From positions 1 to 50,189 of the forward strand of contig NW_021835709.1 of NCBI RefSeq assembly GCF_006345805.1: 50,189 nucleotides of DNA, written 5' to 3'. The position numbers and the translations under genes are program-made. Source of the stretch: Octopus sinensis (lineage: Eukaryota). Shown here piece by piece: positions 36,602 to 49,638 of the stretch. The notes under the pieces are model-generated. The model was not told the DNA's origin and did not search any database. It saw only the letters and a program-made list of their open reading frames with translations. Every line of letters begins with the position of its first letter. Position 1 is the stretch's first letter.

Positions 36602-37289
36602 TGTATGTATGCATCCGCGTGTATATATATGCGCGTGTGTGTGTGTGTGTACGTGTGTGCATTTATATATATTGATGACCCCCTCGAAACAGACATAGCC
36701 TCGGCAGGATTTGAACTCAGCGCGCCGTGTGCAAGAACAAATAATGCTCGATGCTCTACCGACTCTGCCAATCCACCATCAACCTATAACAAATGCAGAC
36801 TGATCTACAGCAACAGCAACAACAACAACAACTGAAATATCAGAACTCAGACAAAACGAAGAGTTGAGTTTCCCTTGTACTTTTGTTGGGTTCCTTCCAA
36901 AACATTATATATAAAATAAATTTAAAAAAAAAACATTTAAATAAACATTAGCTCTGCTCAAAATATACTGCACATCATCATCATCATCATCGTCCTCATC
37001 ATCATCATTGTAATTATTAATGTTGCTGTTGTTGTTGTTATTGAATGTTCTGTTGTTTTCGTTTAGTGAGACGTGTGTTATTCAATACCGTGGGAAAAAC
37101 ATTTATCAAGACAAAAGCAGAGATACAGTTAATATATTCTCCGAGATTTCTTTGTCTTTTAAGACACAGTTCTTACAATACATTATTACCATTTCTTTTA
37201 TTGTTGACAATAAACAAAAGAGACGACAGATTCTTTCAGTGGTTTTCTAGGGTAAAATTCATTGGGGAGTTGGGGCGGATCAAATCATA

Positions 37290-37405
37290 GAAGCGCATGG
37301 CTTGGTGGTTAACGTATTGTGTTTTATGATTATATGAACGTGGTTTCAATTCCTGGAACGGGCGGTTTGGTGTGTGCCCTTGAGGTGCTTCATCCTACGT
37401 TGCTG
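37290..37405 (+). mobile_element. Family C SINE 5' fragment
   Basis: gaagcgcatggcttggtggtt...ggtttcaattcctggaacgggcg. Confidence 0.65.
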
Positions 37406-38242
37406 CCTTGAGAAGATCTATGATTAATAACCTCCATCATGATACTGAAGGTTTAAGACTGATAAACTTGTAGCATCAATTCCCCCATCCTCACCCAACT
37501 CTCCGCACACACCTAATTCGAACCCTTAATAAATGATTTGCTGATGATTAGGCATAAAGGATCGTATTTCACGAAATTACGAATATGAAAATTTATTGTA
37601 TTTTAATGTTTGTTCCATTCATATCTTTCTGAAAAACATTAAACGACTTCATGAAGGTTCAGTAGTTTAATACAAAAATCAAAATATTACGAAAGACTGA
37701 ATAGTGTTAGAATAGAATTAATTTTAAATGACGTCAACAGGAAGTCAGTTAATATAAGTAACACAGGATCTTAACTCTTCCTCAATTGTTTTTCCCGGAA
37801 TCACAATCTACGCAATATATTTTTTAGTTAGAAGGCTTATTATATAAGTTACTGATCGCCTAATGCTATTGTGAGTGGTACGTAGTGAATCTAAGTACAG
37901 AAATTTCATTCTATTCATTTAAAAAACAGTCTGAACTATGTAAAATAAATGGGATTTGAACATATGCGCGTATTTATATAACCTCCACTCCGTCTTACAA
38001 TGGCCTTATACAGCAACCTACTTATTTCAACGACTCTGTGTGTTCATCCGTCAGGCTGAGAGTTAAAACCTCTAACTTGTGTATTCATGCATTACAGATA
38101 TGAATATTTAGTTAAACACATCTGTGCTGGGATACCCCTCCCTAAACAAACCACGCACACATACATACACACATACACATGTACTATATACTATATATAT
38201 GTGTGTGAAGATAATATATATACATATAAATATATATACATT

Positions 38243-38312
<70 letters not shown>

Positions 38313-38325
38313 CATATTATATGAC

Positions 38326-38700
38326 TGCAGGCGTGGCTGTGTGTTAAGAAATTCGCATCCTAACCACATGGTTCCGCTTTCAATCCCATTGTGTGGTCCT
38401 GTGATGTAACCACGGACCGACAAAAGCCCTGTAACCACGGACCTACCGAAGCCTCGGAATTGGATTTGGCAGACGGAAACTAAGAGAATCCCGCCCTGTG
38501 CATATTTATATATATATATATTTTATAATTAGGGCTCAGCCAAGATTTGCTTTACCACATACCGAAGTTTAGAAATAGCACCCAGAGAACCTTAGCTATT
38601 TCCTCTACTTTAAAAAGAGATTCCCAGACAAAAACAAAGTACTCGAAAACAATCCACGCAGGCAGAGATGAAGAATAACGAAAATCAATCGATATTTGAT

Positions 38701-38777
<77 letters not shown>

Positions 38778-39035
38778 ACATATATAGAGAGAGAGACAGA
38801 CAGATTTTATTTTATATTGTATATGTGTTTTGTATTTCCGTTTGCCCCCACTTGCCCATCACTTGACAATCGGTGTTGGTTGTTTTATGTCCCCGTAACA
38901 GTTATTTGGCACAAGAGCCAATGGAATAAGTCCCAGGGCCTACAAAACAGAAATAATTCAAAGAGTCGATTCGTTCTACTAAAACACTCCAGAGCGATGC
39001 CCCAGCATGGTCGCAGTTCAGTGACGGACACAAGC
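38326..39035 (+). mobile_element. Family B SINE split by an expanded internal region (head/core 38326-38496, tail 38834-39035)
   Basis: Head gcaggcgtggctgtgtgttaag; tail ...gcgatgccccagcatggtcgcagttcagtgacggacaca. Confidence 0.75.
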
Positions 39036-39892
39036 AAAACACACACACACACACACAAGCAAAACACACACACACGCACACACACACACACACACGCACA
39101 AGTACTTATAAGTATGTATGTATGTATGTATGTACGAATGTATGTATGTATGTATGCATGCATGTATGTATGTATGCATGCATGTATGTATGTACGTATG
39201 TATGTATGTATGTATGTATGTATGTATGTATGTATTTATGTGTGTATGCATTTATGTATGTATGTATGTGTGTATGTATGTATCCCTTAGTGGCTCCGTG
39301 GACGCTAAACCCGGTCGTCATGCGGCCGTTAGAAAACCGCACGCATCAAAATCGAGGCTATTTTCAGAAAAGTCTAAAAAAAGACACTCCTGTTACGCTA
39401 CGTTGTAACTACCTTTATAATTTTCTCTTATCTTACGTACCACGCCCAATAGACACACATTCACACGTACACTCACGCATACACTCATGCATACACTCAC
39501 CCTCACACTCACACTCACACACATATCATATTTACAAAGGACAACAAAAACACAATTGAGGCAGCAAAACTTGCAGGCTTTCTATTTTATCGTCCCATCA
39601 ATAAATTTACTTCTTTATTCAAAACCAATCCTGTCGACACACATTATCTAACAACAACCATATTACGTATCTACACTACCTTCTTCTTTTCCTTGTTTCT
39701 TTTCCTTTCCTTTTTTTTTCTTTTTTATTTCTTATTTTTCTTAACATGGCAGTCAAGTGCAAATGTATCTTGTATTCTAAACTGATAACATCGATTGTTG
39801 TCGCTGTGTGGTTTTTGTCTTCTGTTTTTATTTACCTTGGTGAGAATATTAAGTATAGAGTTATAAATAACGAATAACAATCCTTTCTACTA

Positions 39893-40140
39893 CACGCACA
39901 GGACCTGAAATTTAGGTAGGTGGTTTAGTCGATTTCATCGAGTCCAGTTTTTTACTGGTACTTAATATATCGACCCTGAAAGAATGAAAGGCAAAGTATA
40001 ACTCGGCGGAATTTGAACATAGAATGCAGCGACGGGCGAAATACCTATTTCTTTCCTACCCACAAGGGGCTAAACACAGAGAGGACAAACAAGGACAGAC
40101 AAACGGATTAAGTCGATTATATCGACCCAGTGCGCAACTG
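39893..40140 (-). mobile_element. Composite family A SINE (tail B, core, tail A)
   Basis: Junction aaagaaataggtatttcg on the minus strand at 40037-40054. Confidence 0.85.
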
Positions 40141-40269
40141 TAAATGAGTAACCCTGGCGTCCCGTTTCTGGTTTTGATCTCGGTCAGTTGTACATTGTAG
40201 GAACCAGGTAAACAAGGGACCCTTTGAGCTCTAGAACTCGAGACAGTAAAGGTTCAAGGATGGGGTTGT

Positions 40270-40366
40270 TCTTGTTGTTGATGACGGTGATGATGGTGAT
40301 GATGATGGCGACGACGATGAAGATGATGATGGTGAGGATGACGGTGACAAGGACGACGACGACGAC

Positions 40367-40399
<33 letters not shown>

Positions 40400-40503
40400 G
40401 ATGATGGTGATGATGAGGAGGGGGATGATGTCGACGGCGATGAGGATGATGATGATGATAACTACGATAATGATGATGATGACGGCGATGTTGACGCTAA
40501 TAA
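40270..40503. repeat. (GAT/GAC)n tract
   Basis: Direct reading. Confidence 0.9.
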
Positions 40504-41091
40504 TGATTGAAAGCCATCGATCAAAAGTCCTCTCTTCACGTCTTCAATCAAATTTCAACAAGTATCGAACCGAAACCAATCGATTGCCTTTTTGTCGAGA
40601 CAGAATTGTTCGTTCCTATACAAGCGCAATCCGTCGTCCCACCCATACAACCCTGCCCTCTTCTTCCCGACCCAGCTCTGGCCCAACCCCTGTCCTACCT
40701 TATCCTGCACTAGCCTGTCCTCTCCTGTTCTGTTATTCACTACCGACATTCTCTCTCCACGCCCCTCCCGACCCCCATACTTCCCTGCTAACCCCGTTTA
40801 CTTAATTTACAAAGCACCGACTGTGCGGCAATTTGTGGCCTATTCCTGCCGCCCTGTGTGAGCGAGGAGGAAGAGGGGGAGGAGGAGGAAAGATAGAGGC
40901 GAGAGAGGGAGGAAGGAGGTGGAGAGAGATAGACAGAGACAGACAGCCTGACAGACAGACAGACACAGACACTGACAGACAGACAAACAGACAGACTGGA
41001 TTAGTTATTGTTGTTAACCAAACCAAAACCAGGTGACAGAAGCACTCTGTGAACTGGAATTAATGTAAGCACCGTCTACGTCATAAACGCC

Positions 41092-41263
41092 ATCAACATC
41101 TTCATCATCATCATCATCATCAGTATCAATCGTCATCATTATCATGCTCATCGTCAACGTCAATATCACCATCATAATTAGCACTATTAACCGCTAACAC
41201 CACCAACAACATCTTCCCCTTTCACCTCCTTCTCAACCACCACCATCATCATCGTCATCGTCG

Positions 41264-41300
<37 letters not shown>

Positions 41301-41587
41301 CATCATCATCATTGACATCGTTATCATCATCGGCGTTCTGGTCGTCGTCGTCGTCGTCATCGTCATCTTCAACGCCATCTTCATGAACCCCATCATCATC
41401 ATCATCATCATCATCACCACCACCATCATCGTCGTCATCGTCATCATCATCATCATCATCGTTATCATCATCGTCGTTCTGGTCGTCGTCGTCGTCGTCG
41501 TCATCGTCATCTTCGACGCCATCTTCATCTTCATCCTCCTCACCCTCAGCATCCACGTCATCCTCATCACCACGGTCATCGCCATCA
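41092..41587. repeat. (CAT/CGT)n tract with a ~140-bp-period internal duplication
   Basis: gttatcatcatc..cgttctggtcgtcgtc...gtcatcttc.acgccatcttcat near 41321 and 41461. Confidence 0.9.
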
Positions 41588-41755
41588 CCGAATCCCGCCG
41601 TTCACCGAACTTGAAACATGTGCCGTCGTATCAGTTCATTCACTCCAATTCCTTATCATCAACGGTATTAAGCTGTGTTTGTAAACACGTATACACGCGT
41701 GTTTTTAGAGATATACATACACATTCATTTTGCCATACATATGCGTGTGCATGTA

Positions 41756-41759
<4 letters not shown>

Positions 41760-41787
<28 letters not shown>

Positions 41788-41851
41788 GGAGTGTGTAAGA
41801 ATATGCTTTGGTGTATCTATCTATATATATATATTATATATATATATATAT

Positions 41852-41885
<34 letters not shown>

Positions 41886-41908
41886 GTGTGTGTATATATA
41901 ATATATAC

Positions 41909-41969
<61 letters not shown>

Positions 41970-42458
41970 GTATAGATATACATATATATAGATAGATATA
42001 CATACATATACATATATATATATATATTATATATATATACATATTATATGCGTGTATGTGTGTATGTGTGAGCATGTATAAATATATCTGTGTATCTATC
42101 TATCAATCTATGTGTGTATATAAACATATGTACATATCTAAGTGCAAGCGTGTATAAATGACTGTGTATCTATCTATATGTATGTGTGTATGTGTGTATA
42201 CATATGTATTTGAGCGTGTATATGATTGTGTATCTATCTAGCAATTTATCTATGTGTGTGTGTGTGTATGTGTGTGTGTGTACGTGTGTATCTGTGTCTG
42301 TATGTGTGTGTGATCGTATATACGTGTGTGTACACGTGTTTACGTACATACACACACACGCACACACATAGGTATTAAGCTCTTTAATGTTTTGGTTATG
42401 AAGTTATAGGGCGTCACATGATATCCATGTGACACATAAAAAATATGTTTGATATGAA

Positions 42459-42489
<31 letters not shown>

Positions 42490-42642
42490 TGCATATGTGT
42501 ACGTATACAGATTCAGATACACACAAACACACACACACATATAAGATATAAATGAGTGTCTGAGTGAGTAATTGAATCATGTGATATAATATATAGCATA
42601 CACACACTCATACAGAAATATATGTAGAACCACATATATATA

Positions 42643-42704
<62 letters not shown>

Positions 42705-42760
42705 ATATATATCTATATATATATATGTATAGAAATATTACATTCATACAGATATAAAAT
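41760..42760. repeat. Mixed (TG)n/(TA)n/(TATC)n low-complexity block
   Basis: Direct reading. Confidence 0.9.
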
Positions 42761-43050
42761 AAATATACATATATACTTCTGCGTAAGTTAAGAAACGGTG
42801 ACGAGAAAAAATATGGCTGTTCGTACGCTGGATTTCGTACCCAATTTTTTGTGTTGTGGTTTTATATGTCCAATATTAGGCAATATTCTATACCCAATAT
42901 ATGCGTTGAAAACTGATTTAAAGATATATATAATATATATATATATAATTAATCAATATAGGGTGGCAAAAAAAAAAATTGTAGAATTTTTTGCCACCAG
43001 CGGCCTAGGGGAAAAAAATTAAATAGTCATAGACCATTTTTAAGTTCAAC

Positions 43051-43165
43051 ATCAACAATCAAGGAACGGCCATAATAGGCCATTCACCCACTAGAAATAA
43101 CAGCCAAGCTTTGGCTGTTATTTCTAGTGGGGGTGAATGGCCTATTATGGCCGTTCCTTGATTGT

Positions 43166-43169
<4 letters not shown>
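43051..43169. repeat. ~119-bp near-perfect palindrome abutting (AT)n
   Basis: Arms differ only in homopolymer length (ccc versus ggggg; aa versus ttt around the central AAGCTT). Confidence 0.95.
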
Positions 43170-43202
<33 letters not shown>

Positions 43203-43365
43203 TTGATGTCCATTCTGATATTTTGAGTATGTTGTTCTGACATATTTTGAAGCGGTAAGGTTACAGTAATATACCCAGCGTGTTCAGATTACGTCCTCGT
43301 TGAAATATATACTACGATATACGTCTCATATGGTGATTACACACAAACGCGCGCACAGACACATA

Positions 43366-43519
43366 GGCGTAGCTGTGTGGTAAGAAGATTGCTTTCCCAA
43401 CCGCATGGGTCCGGGTTCAGGCCCACTGTGTGGAATCTTGGACAAGTGTCTTCTACGATAGCCTCGGGCCGACCAAAGCCTTGTCAGTGGATTTGTTAGA
43501 CGGAAACTAAAAGAAGCCG

Positions 43520-43567
<48 letters not shown>

Positions 43568-43825
43568 CTGTGTGTGTATGTGTCTGTGTGTGTGTGTGTC
43601 TCTGTATGCGTGTATGTATGTATTTGTGTCAGTGTTTGTCCCCCCAACATCGCTTGAAAACCGATGTTGGTGTGTTTACGTACCCGTAACTTAGCGGTTC
43701 AGCAAAAATAAACTGATAGAATAGGTACTAGGCTTACAAAAATAAGTCCAGGGGTCGATTCGTTCGTCTAAAGACAGTGCTCCAGCATGGCCGTAGTCAA
43801 ATCTCTGAAGCGGAAAGATAAACGA
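43366..43825 (+). mobile_element. SINE family B, full length
   Basis: Head ggcgtagctgtgtggtaag, core cttggacaagtgtctt, (TA)n(TG)n, tail gtgctccagcatggccgtagtc. Confidence 0.9.
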
Positions 43826-43873
43826 TAACACGTGAGTGTATGTGTGCGTCCGTGTATGTGTGTGCGCCCGTGT

Positions 43874-43909
<36 letters not shown>

Positions 43910-44392
43910 GTGCGTGCGTGTATGTGTGTGTGTGTGTGGTGTGTGGTGTTTTTGTATTGTGTGCCTGTATTTGTGTGTGTATATATGCCTCTGATCAAAA
44001 TATTGTTCCTCCGAAGGGTCACAATATTCTGCTTAGTCTTCGGTCTCTGTGGTTCTAAAATCAAGAAGCCCTTCAAGGTCGACCCATTTACCCCTTGGCA
44101 TTGGCAGTTTGCTGCTCCAGTACAATGAGCATTTCGTTTAGAATATCTAAGGAAGGAGTCGCAGGTCAGATCTTTAAGGGCAAGGTGCCTTAAGAAATGA
44201 CTACGAGCGAGATGGCTGGATAAGGTTCATAGCTTCGGTCCGTTTCGCGTAAAACCCAACCAAAACCCTTCGACCATCTGAAGGAAACGCCTGCGAATTT
44301 TGCCCGCAAGAACGTCACTGATATTATAGAAATAACAGTCTATGAAGATATCCAGATAGATTGATATATAGATAGATTGATCGATCGGTCGA

Positions 44393-44404
44393 TAGATAGA
44401 TAGG

Positions 44405-44482
<78 letters not shown>

Positions 44483-44512
44483 CAGCGGATAGATAGATAG
44501 ATAGATAGATAG
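44393..44512. repeat. (AGAT)n microsatellite
   Basis: Direct reading. Confidence 0.95.
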
Positions 44513-44714
44513 TTACATGGATGGATTTACATACTTATGTTTATATACACATTAACATACATATGTAAATAAATTTGTGTGGTGTGTGTAAATTTATATA
44601 TGTGCAATACGCACATATGCATGTATACATATATATATACACTATAATCTCCTCATCCCGAGCAGATTAATCTTTCACCTTTTTACATATATTTATATAT
44701 CCGTAAATTTTATT

Positions 44715-44760
<46 letters not shown>

Positions 44761-45877
44761 ATATTATATATAATATAAAAGCATAAAATGTATCTGGGTA
44801 TACATGATTATATATATATCTATATATATATATATATAATGTATGCATTATGTATGTATGTATGTATGTATGTAATATGTATGTATGTATGTATATATGT
44901 ATGTATACATTTGTATATATATACATATATCTATATATCTATATATATGTATACATGCATATGCATATATATATTCATATATATATTCATATATACACAC
45001 ACGCACATATGTATATGCCACCGACACAGATTCGCGAGTGTGTGTATATATTTGACATTGTGTGAATATATCGGTGTGTGTGTGGTGTGTGTAGCGGGGT
45101 GCACACACATATATATATCTATATGTCTGTGTATCTATATAAACATATGTAATCAGACCTTGAAATCAAGTATTTTATAAAGAAGGTTAATGCTTCGTAG
45201 AAATATAATAACTATGAACTAGTAAACTACACAGAATAACATCTGAAACTAATTCCGCAGAAAACTAAATAAAACAAACAAAAAACAAAAAATGAATTGA
45301 AGGGTTTCAAAGAATCCTCAAGCGATCTTCAGCCAACTAATCACTGATACCACAACTAATACAAGAATTACACCGTAAACCTTGAATTGAATACCGCGGG
45401 CATATGACTTGAAATATACGTAACGAAGATATTTACGTTTCCTGGGAAAATATATGAAATCAGAGAGTCTGAACCCACATAAATACGTTAGACGAACCCT
45501 TTTTAATGTTGATTTAATATTGTTGTTGTGGAAGCGGAGATGGTATATATTTGATCCCCGGTGTAAAGTCCAAATGGTAAGTTTACGATCTGTGGAGCTT
45601 AACGACTTTTGCAAATGGCTTGGTTGCCTGGCGTTTTCAGATGATACGAAATATGCTGTTTTACATTCCGCTATTCGACCCATCGATGTCTCCAATATCA
45701 ATACGACTCGTGTGTGTGGTGTGTGTGTGTGTGTGTGTGCGTGCATGCGCGCGCATACATTTGTATGCATACATTACATGTATCTTTACTTCCTCTCCCT
45801 TTCTTTTCTCTGTACATCATACATATATACATAATGTATATATATATATATAATATATATTATATATATATATATAC

Positions 45878-45912
<35 letters not shown>

Positions 45913-46017
45913 ATACATGTGCCATAAGTGTATATATATATTTATCTATATGTATAAATAATTATTTATACACACATATATTTACATATATATATCTATA
46001 CAACTACATACATACAT

Positions 46018-46060
<43 letters not shown>

Positions 46061-46193
46061 TATAGATATATATATATAATATTAGGCGAGTTGTGTATAT
46101 ATATATAGACATTGAAGTGACTACTGCGAGCATATGACTTGAAAATATACGTATCATATATGTACATAAAAATATATATGTGCATATATACAT

Positions 46194-46224
<31 letters not shown>

Positions 46225-46244
46225 CATATACATACATACATACA

Positions 46245-46278
<34 letters not shown>

Positions 46279-46627
46279 GAGAGCGGGACGCGAGCGAAGT
46301 TCTTAACTAAAAGGAATATAGGTCGGTAAATATTGAGTAGACAGTGTATATTGACTTATATTACTCTAATCTTAGAGATTTAGAATGGATTACGGAGAGG
46401 ATAGAAGTTAACCTCTAGGTACGGGATAGAAGAAGAAGAAAAAGAAGAAGAAGAAGTAAGAAGGGAAAAGAGGAGGAGAGGGGGAGGGAAGGGGAGGAAG
46501 AAGAAGAATAAGAAGAAGAAGAGAGAAGAAGAAGAAGAAGGAAGAAGCAGAAGAAGAAGAAGAAGAAGAATGTTCACGATGAATTATTATTTATTATTAT
46601 TATTATGATTATTATCATTATTATTAT

Positions 46628-46836
46628 GGCGGTGAGCTGGCAGAATTGTTACCACGCCCGGCAAAATGCTTAGCCGTCGTATTTCTGCTGCCGCTACGTT
46701 CTGAGTTCAAATTCCGCTGAGCTCGACTTTGGCTTTCTTCCTTTCGGAGTCGATAAAATAACTTACGCACTGGTGTCGATGTCATCGAATTATCCCTCAC
46801 CCAAAATTGCCGCCCTTGTGATAAAATTTGAAACCA
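46628..46836 (+). mobile_element. SINE family A, full length
   Basis: ggcggtgagctggcagaattg...gagttcaaattcc...aaatttgaaaccat. Confidence 0.9.
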
Positions 46837-46885
46837 TTATTATTACTATCATCATCATCATCATCATCATTATTATTATTATTAT

Positions 46886-46926
<41 letters not shown>

Positions 46927-48473
46927 CTACTACTACTACTACTACTACTAGTAGTACTAGTAGTTCCATATAGCCGTTGGGTTAGTAATGAAGTACACGA
47001 CACTCTGTCTACGTTTATCTCGATCGACACCGTACCTGGAGATGTTCTCTTGGCATACACACATACATACATACAAACACTATACATCATACGATACATA
47101 CATACATACATACATACTTACAATATCCTGTTGTTGATGTTGAATTCCAGTGAATGAACCTTGGATCTAGGTTAGAAACCGGCTTTTTCTCTATTGGAAA
47201 AAAAGTTTGAAATAGAACTGAACAATCCCATCCATCCATCCATACATACATACGTACATGCAAACATACATATATACATACATACATACACACCTATATT
47301 TGTGTCCCTGTATGCGTGTTGGCTATGGCAGGGGAATACTTCTGAAGATAAAAGATTGTTAAGTAGCTGGTAGATGAAGATATAGATCAGATAAACCCTG
47401 TTTATGGTATCAGCTTTTAATACGTTCGACATAAGATTATCTGTGTGAAGATCTTGATTAAAGAATCTGCCATAACATTTGCGTTACCAAATCTGTATAT
47501 TCTAAATCTTACGCAAGCATTCCAGCCAAATATTTGATTTCCACACGCTAAGGTGTTTGTTGTATTTATCTTACCTGTTCAGGTAAATGGAGCACCCTTA
47601 AAGTGCGTTTTCGAGAGGTTTCATATTTCTTGTATTGCGTCAACTATTGTATTGTACCAACATTGAAAGTGCTCGTGAGCTGAGTAACATGTCAAAGGAC
47701 ATTTAATGATTTCGATGCATAAAGGTAGATAGCTAGATAGATAGACAGATAGGTAATTTTTCCAAAGATAAGTAAGAGAAGTGAGAAGTGCATTCAAACG
47801 AAGAAAATTTGCTCAATATGTAGTTTATTATATAAATTAATGTACTAATGTAGCTACACATATAACATGCAACTTCTCCATTTTCATATATTCGTATTTC
47901 CCTGCTTAAACAGATCCCATAAAAGCTTTTAATAGTAATTCACTTAATATCAGTTATATGTATCTATTCATAACAGAGTGATACTCAAATCTTTTACAGC
48001 GTTACGAATACGACTTAAAATTTAACATTCAATTTTAAGTATGTAATTTGCAAACGTGTTTATTACACGTTGGATTTAATTAGTATCATTTAATTAACAG
48101 AACCAGGATTTATGTTGATTAGTATCCAGTATCATTTAGTTCACCGCCCTTATAATTATCCCCCTTTAAAATTCTATTTAAATTCAATCAGTACGGCGTC
48201 ACTTGTAATATCTAAGTTACTCTCCTCTTTTTTTTTAAATTATGGCATTCTAATTATTCCTATTTTAATTGCTCTGTTATCTCAGTTTAAATCTTAATTT
48301 GAATCGATTTAATTCAACTGAATTTTAATTACCATTTTGTTTTATTTGGTACCAAGCTTCGAAACATCTGGCAATCGAATCTGACATTCTTCAGGTCATT
48401 TGTAGAAAGCATTCTTCATATAGGTAACCCGCGAAAGAAATGCTTCAAGATCATCTTAATGGTACAGATACTC

Positions 48474-48705
48474 GGCGAGCTGGCAGAAACGTTAGCACAC
48501 CGGGCGAAATGCTTAGTGGTATTTCGTCTGCCGCTACGTTCTGAGTTCAAATTCCGCCGAGGTCGACTTTGCCTTTCATCCTTTCGGGGTCGATTAAATA
48601 AGTACTAGTTACGCACTGGGGTCGATGTAATCAACTTAATCCGTTTGTCTGTCCTTGTTTGTCCTTTCTGTGTTTAGCCCCTAGTGGATAGTAAAGAAAT
48701 AGGTA
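48474..48705 (+). mobile_element. SINE family A with tail B and a 15-bp TSD
   Basis: GGTACAGATACTCGG (48461-48475) and GGTACAAATACTCGG (48702-48716) flank the copy with one mismatch. Confidence 0.92.
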
Positions 48706-48874
48706 CAAATACTCGGTTTCATATAACGGCTCAAAACATCTCAGCATTATTACAAAAACAAAGAGGATATTTATGGCCATATTTATCTCTACTCATTGAA
48801 GTAAAGAGGCAAGAATCGCGAAGTATTCGGTTTCTCTACATACCTTACGTACCGTATTTTGTGTGAAAGCGAAG

Positions 48875-49260
48875 ACCAGTTGTGAAAGTTGAAGCCACCG
48901 ATGATGGTGACTTCAGAGAGAAGTGAGTGGAGAGATGACCTCGGTATACAAAAACATACCGTCAAATTCGTGGAGTTCGGAGAGTGGTAGATAAATTACA
49001 TATATCTGGAAGACTTTGGAATGCAGGTTTTGAGCAAGAACTGGTATCCTAGTGAGAGAGATGAGAGAGGCGGGAGAGAAGGAGTGGGGACTCTACATAG
49101 ATGTAATAAGAAACATCTATCGGAGTAACCGTTGAATACAAAATGTAACCTGGGAAATATAAGTGGACTGTGGACAATGTTAGGAGACCCGTGTATTAGT
49201 AAGACAGAGCTATGTGGAGAGAGGTCTGGCTTCTCATCAGAGGCATCCACATTATTTTGA
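48875..49260 (-). mobile_element. Decayed LINE ORF2 APE endonuclease fragment
   Basis: Frameshifted minus-strand peptides SPH..., LIFP.., FIYHSPNST and EVTIIGGFNFHNW match the YxSP and IIGDFNxH motifs of APE-type non-LTR retrotransposons. Confidence 0.7.
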
Positions 49261-49483
49261 CAATCTCCAAATCAGCAATCAGTCAAACTGTTTATATACT
49301 CAAAAAATGCAGCAGTTACTCTATGAAGGAGTCCTTAATTTGCATACTGAAAGTGTTTAACACTCTATAAATACCAGCGGCCTGTCAACGAGAAATATAT
49401 ATATATATACACACAACCCCAACAAACGAGTGAGTGGACAAACGAAATGAGGGCACTCAACGAATTTATTGTGATTTACAAGT

Positions 49484-49638
49484 ATGGATCAAAGCAGTTT
49501 GATTCAATTCGTTGGTACTCTTGAGTTTCAAGCATGATGCTAGTCGTAGAGCCACATTTTGAATTTGGCTTACGATTAGCATCACGTTTGAAAGTCCAAT
49601 AGTACCAACGAATTTGAATCAGACTGTTTTGAATCCAT
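49484..49638. repeat. Degenerate 155-bp fold-back with 11-nt loop
   Basis: 49484-49554 pairs with 49566-49638 with several wobbles, mismatches and small indels. Confidence 0.85.

Noticed and set aside
41233-41556. Asp-rich ORF as an acidic biomineralisation-type protein
   Set aside because: It lies within a (CAT/CGT)n tract like several others here, with no signal peptide or splice evidence.
47575-47645. Minus-strand mini-exon LTQYKKYETSRKRTLRVLHLPEQ with a GTAAG donor
   Set aside because: Weak acceptor, no recognisable homology, and possibly a transposase relic.
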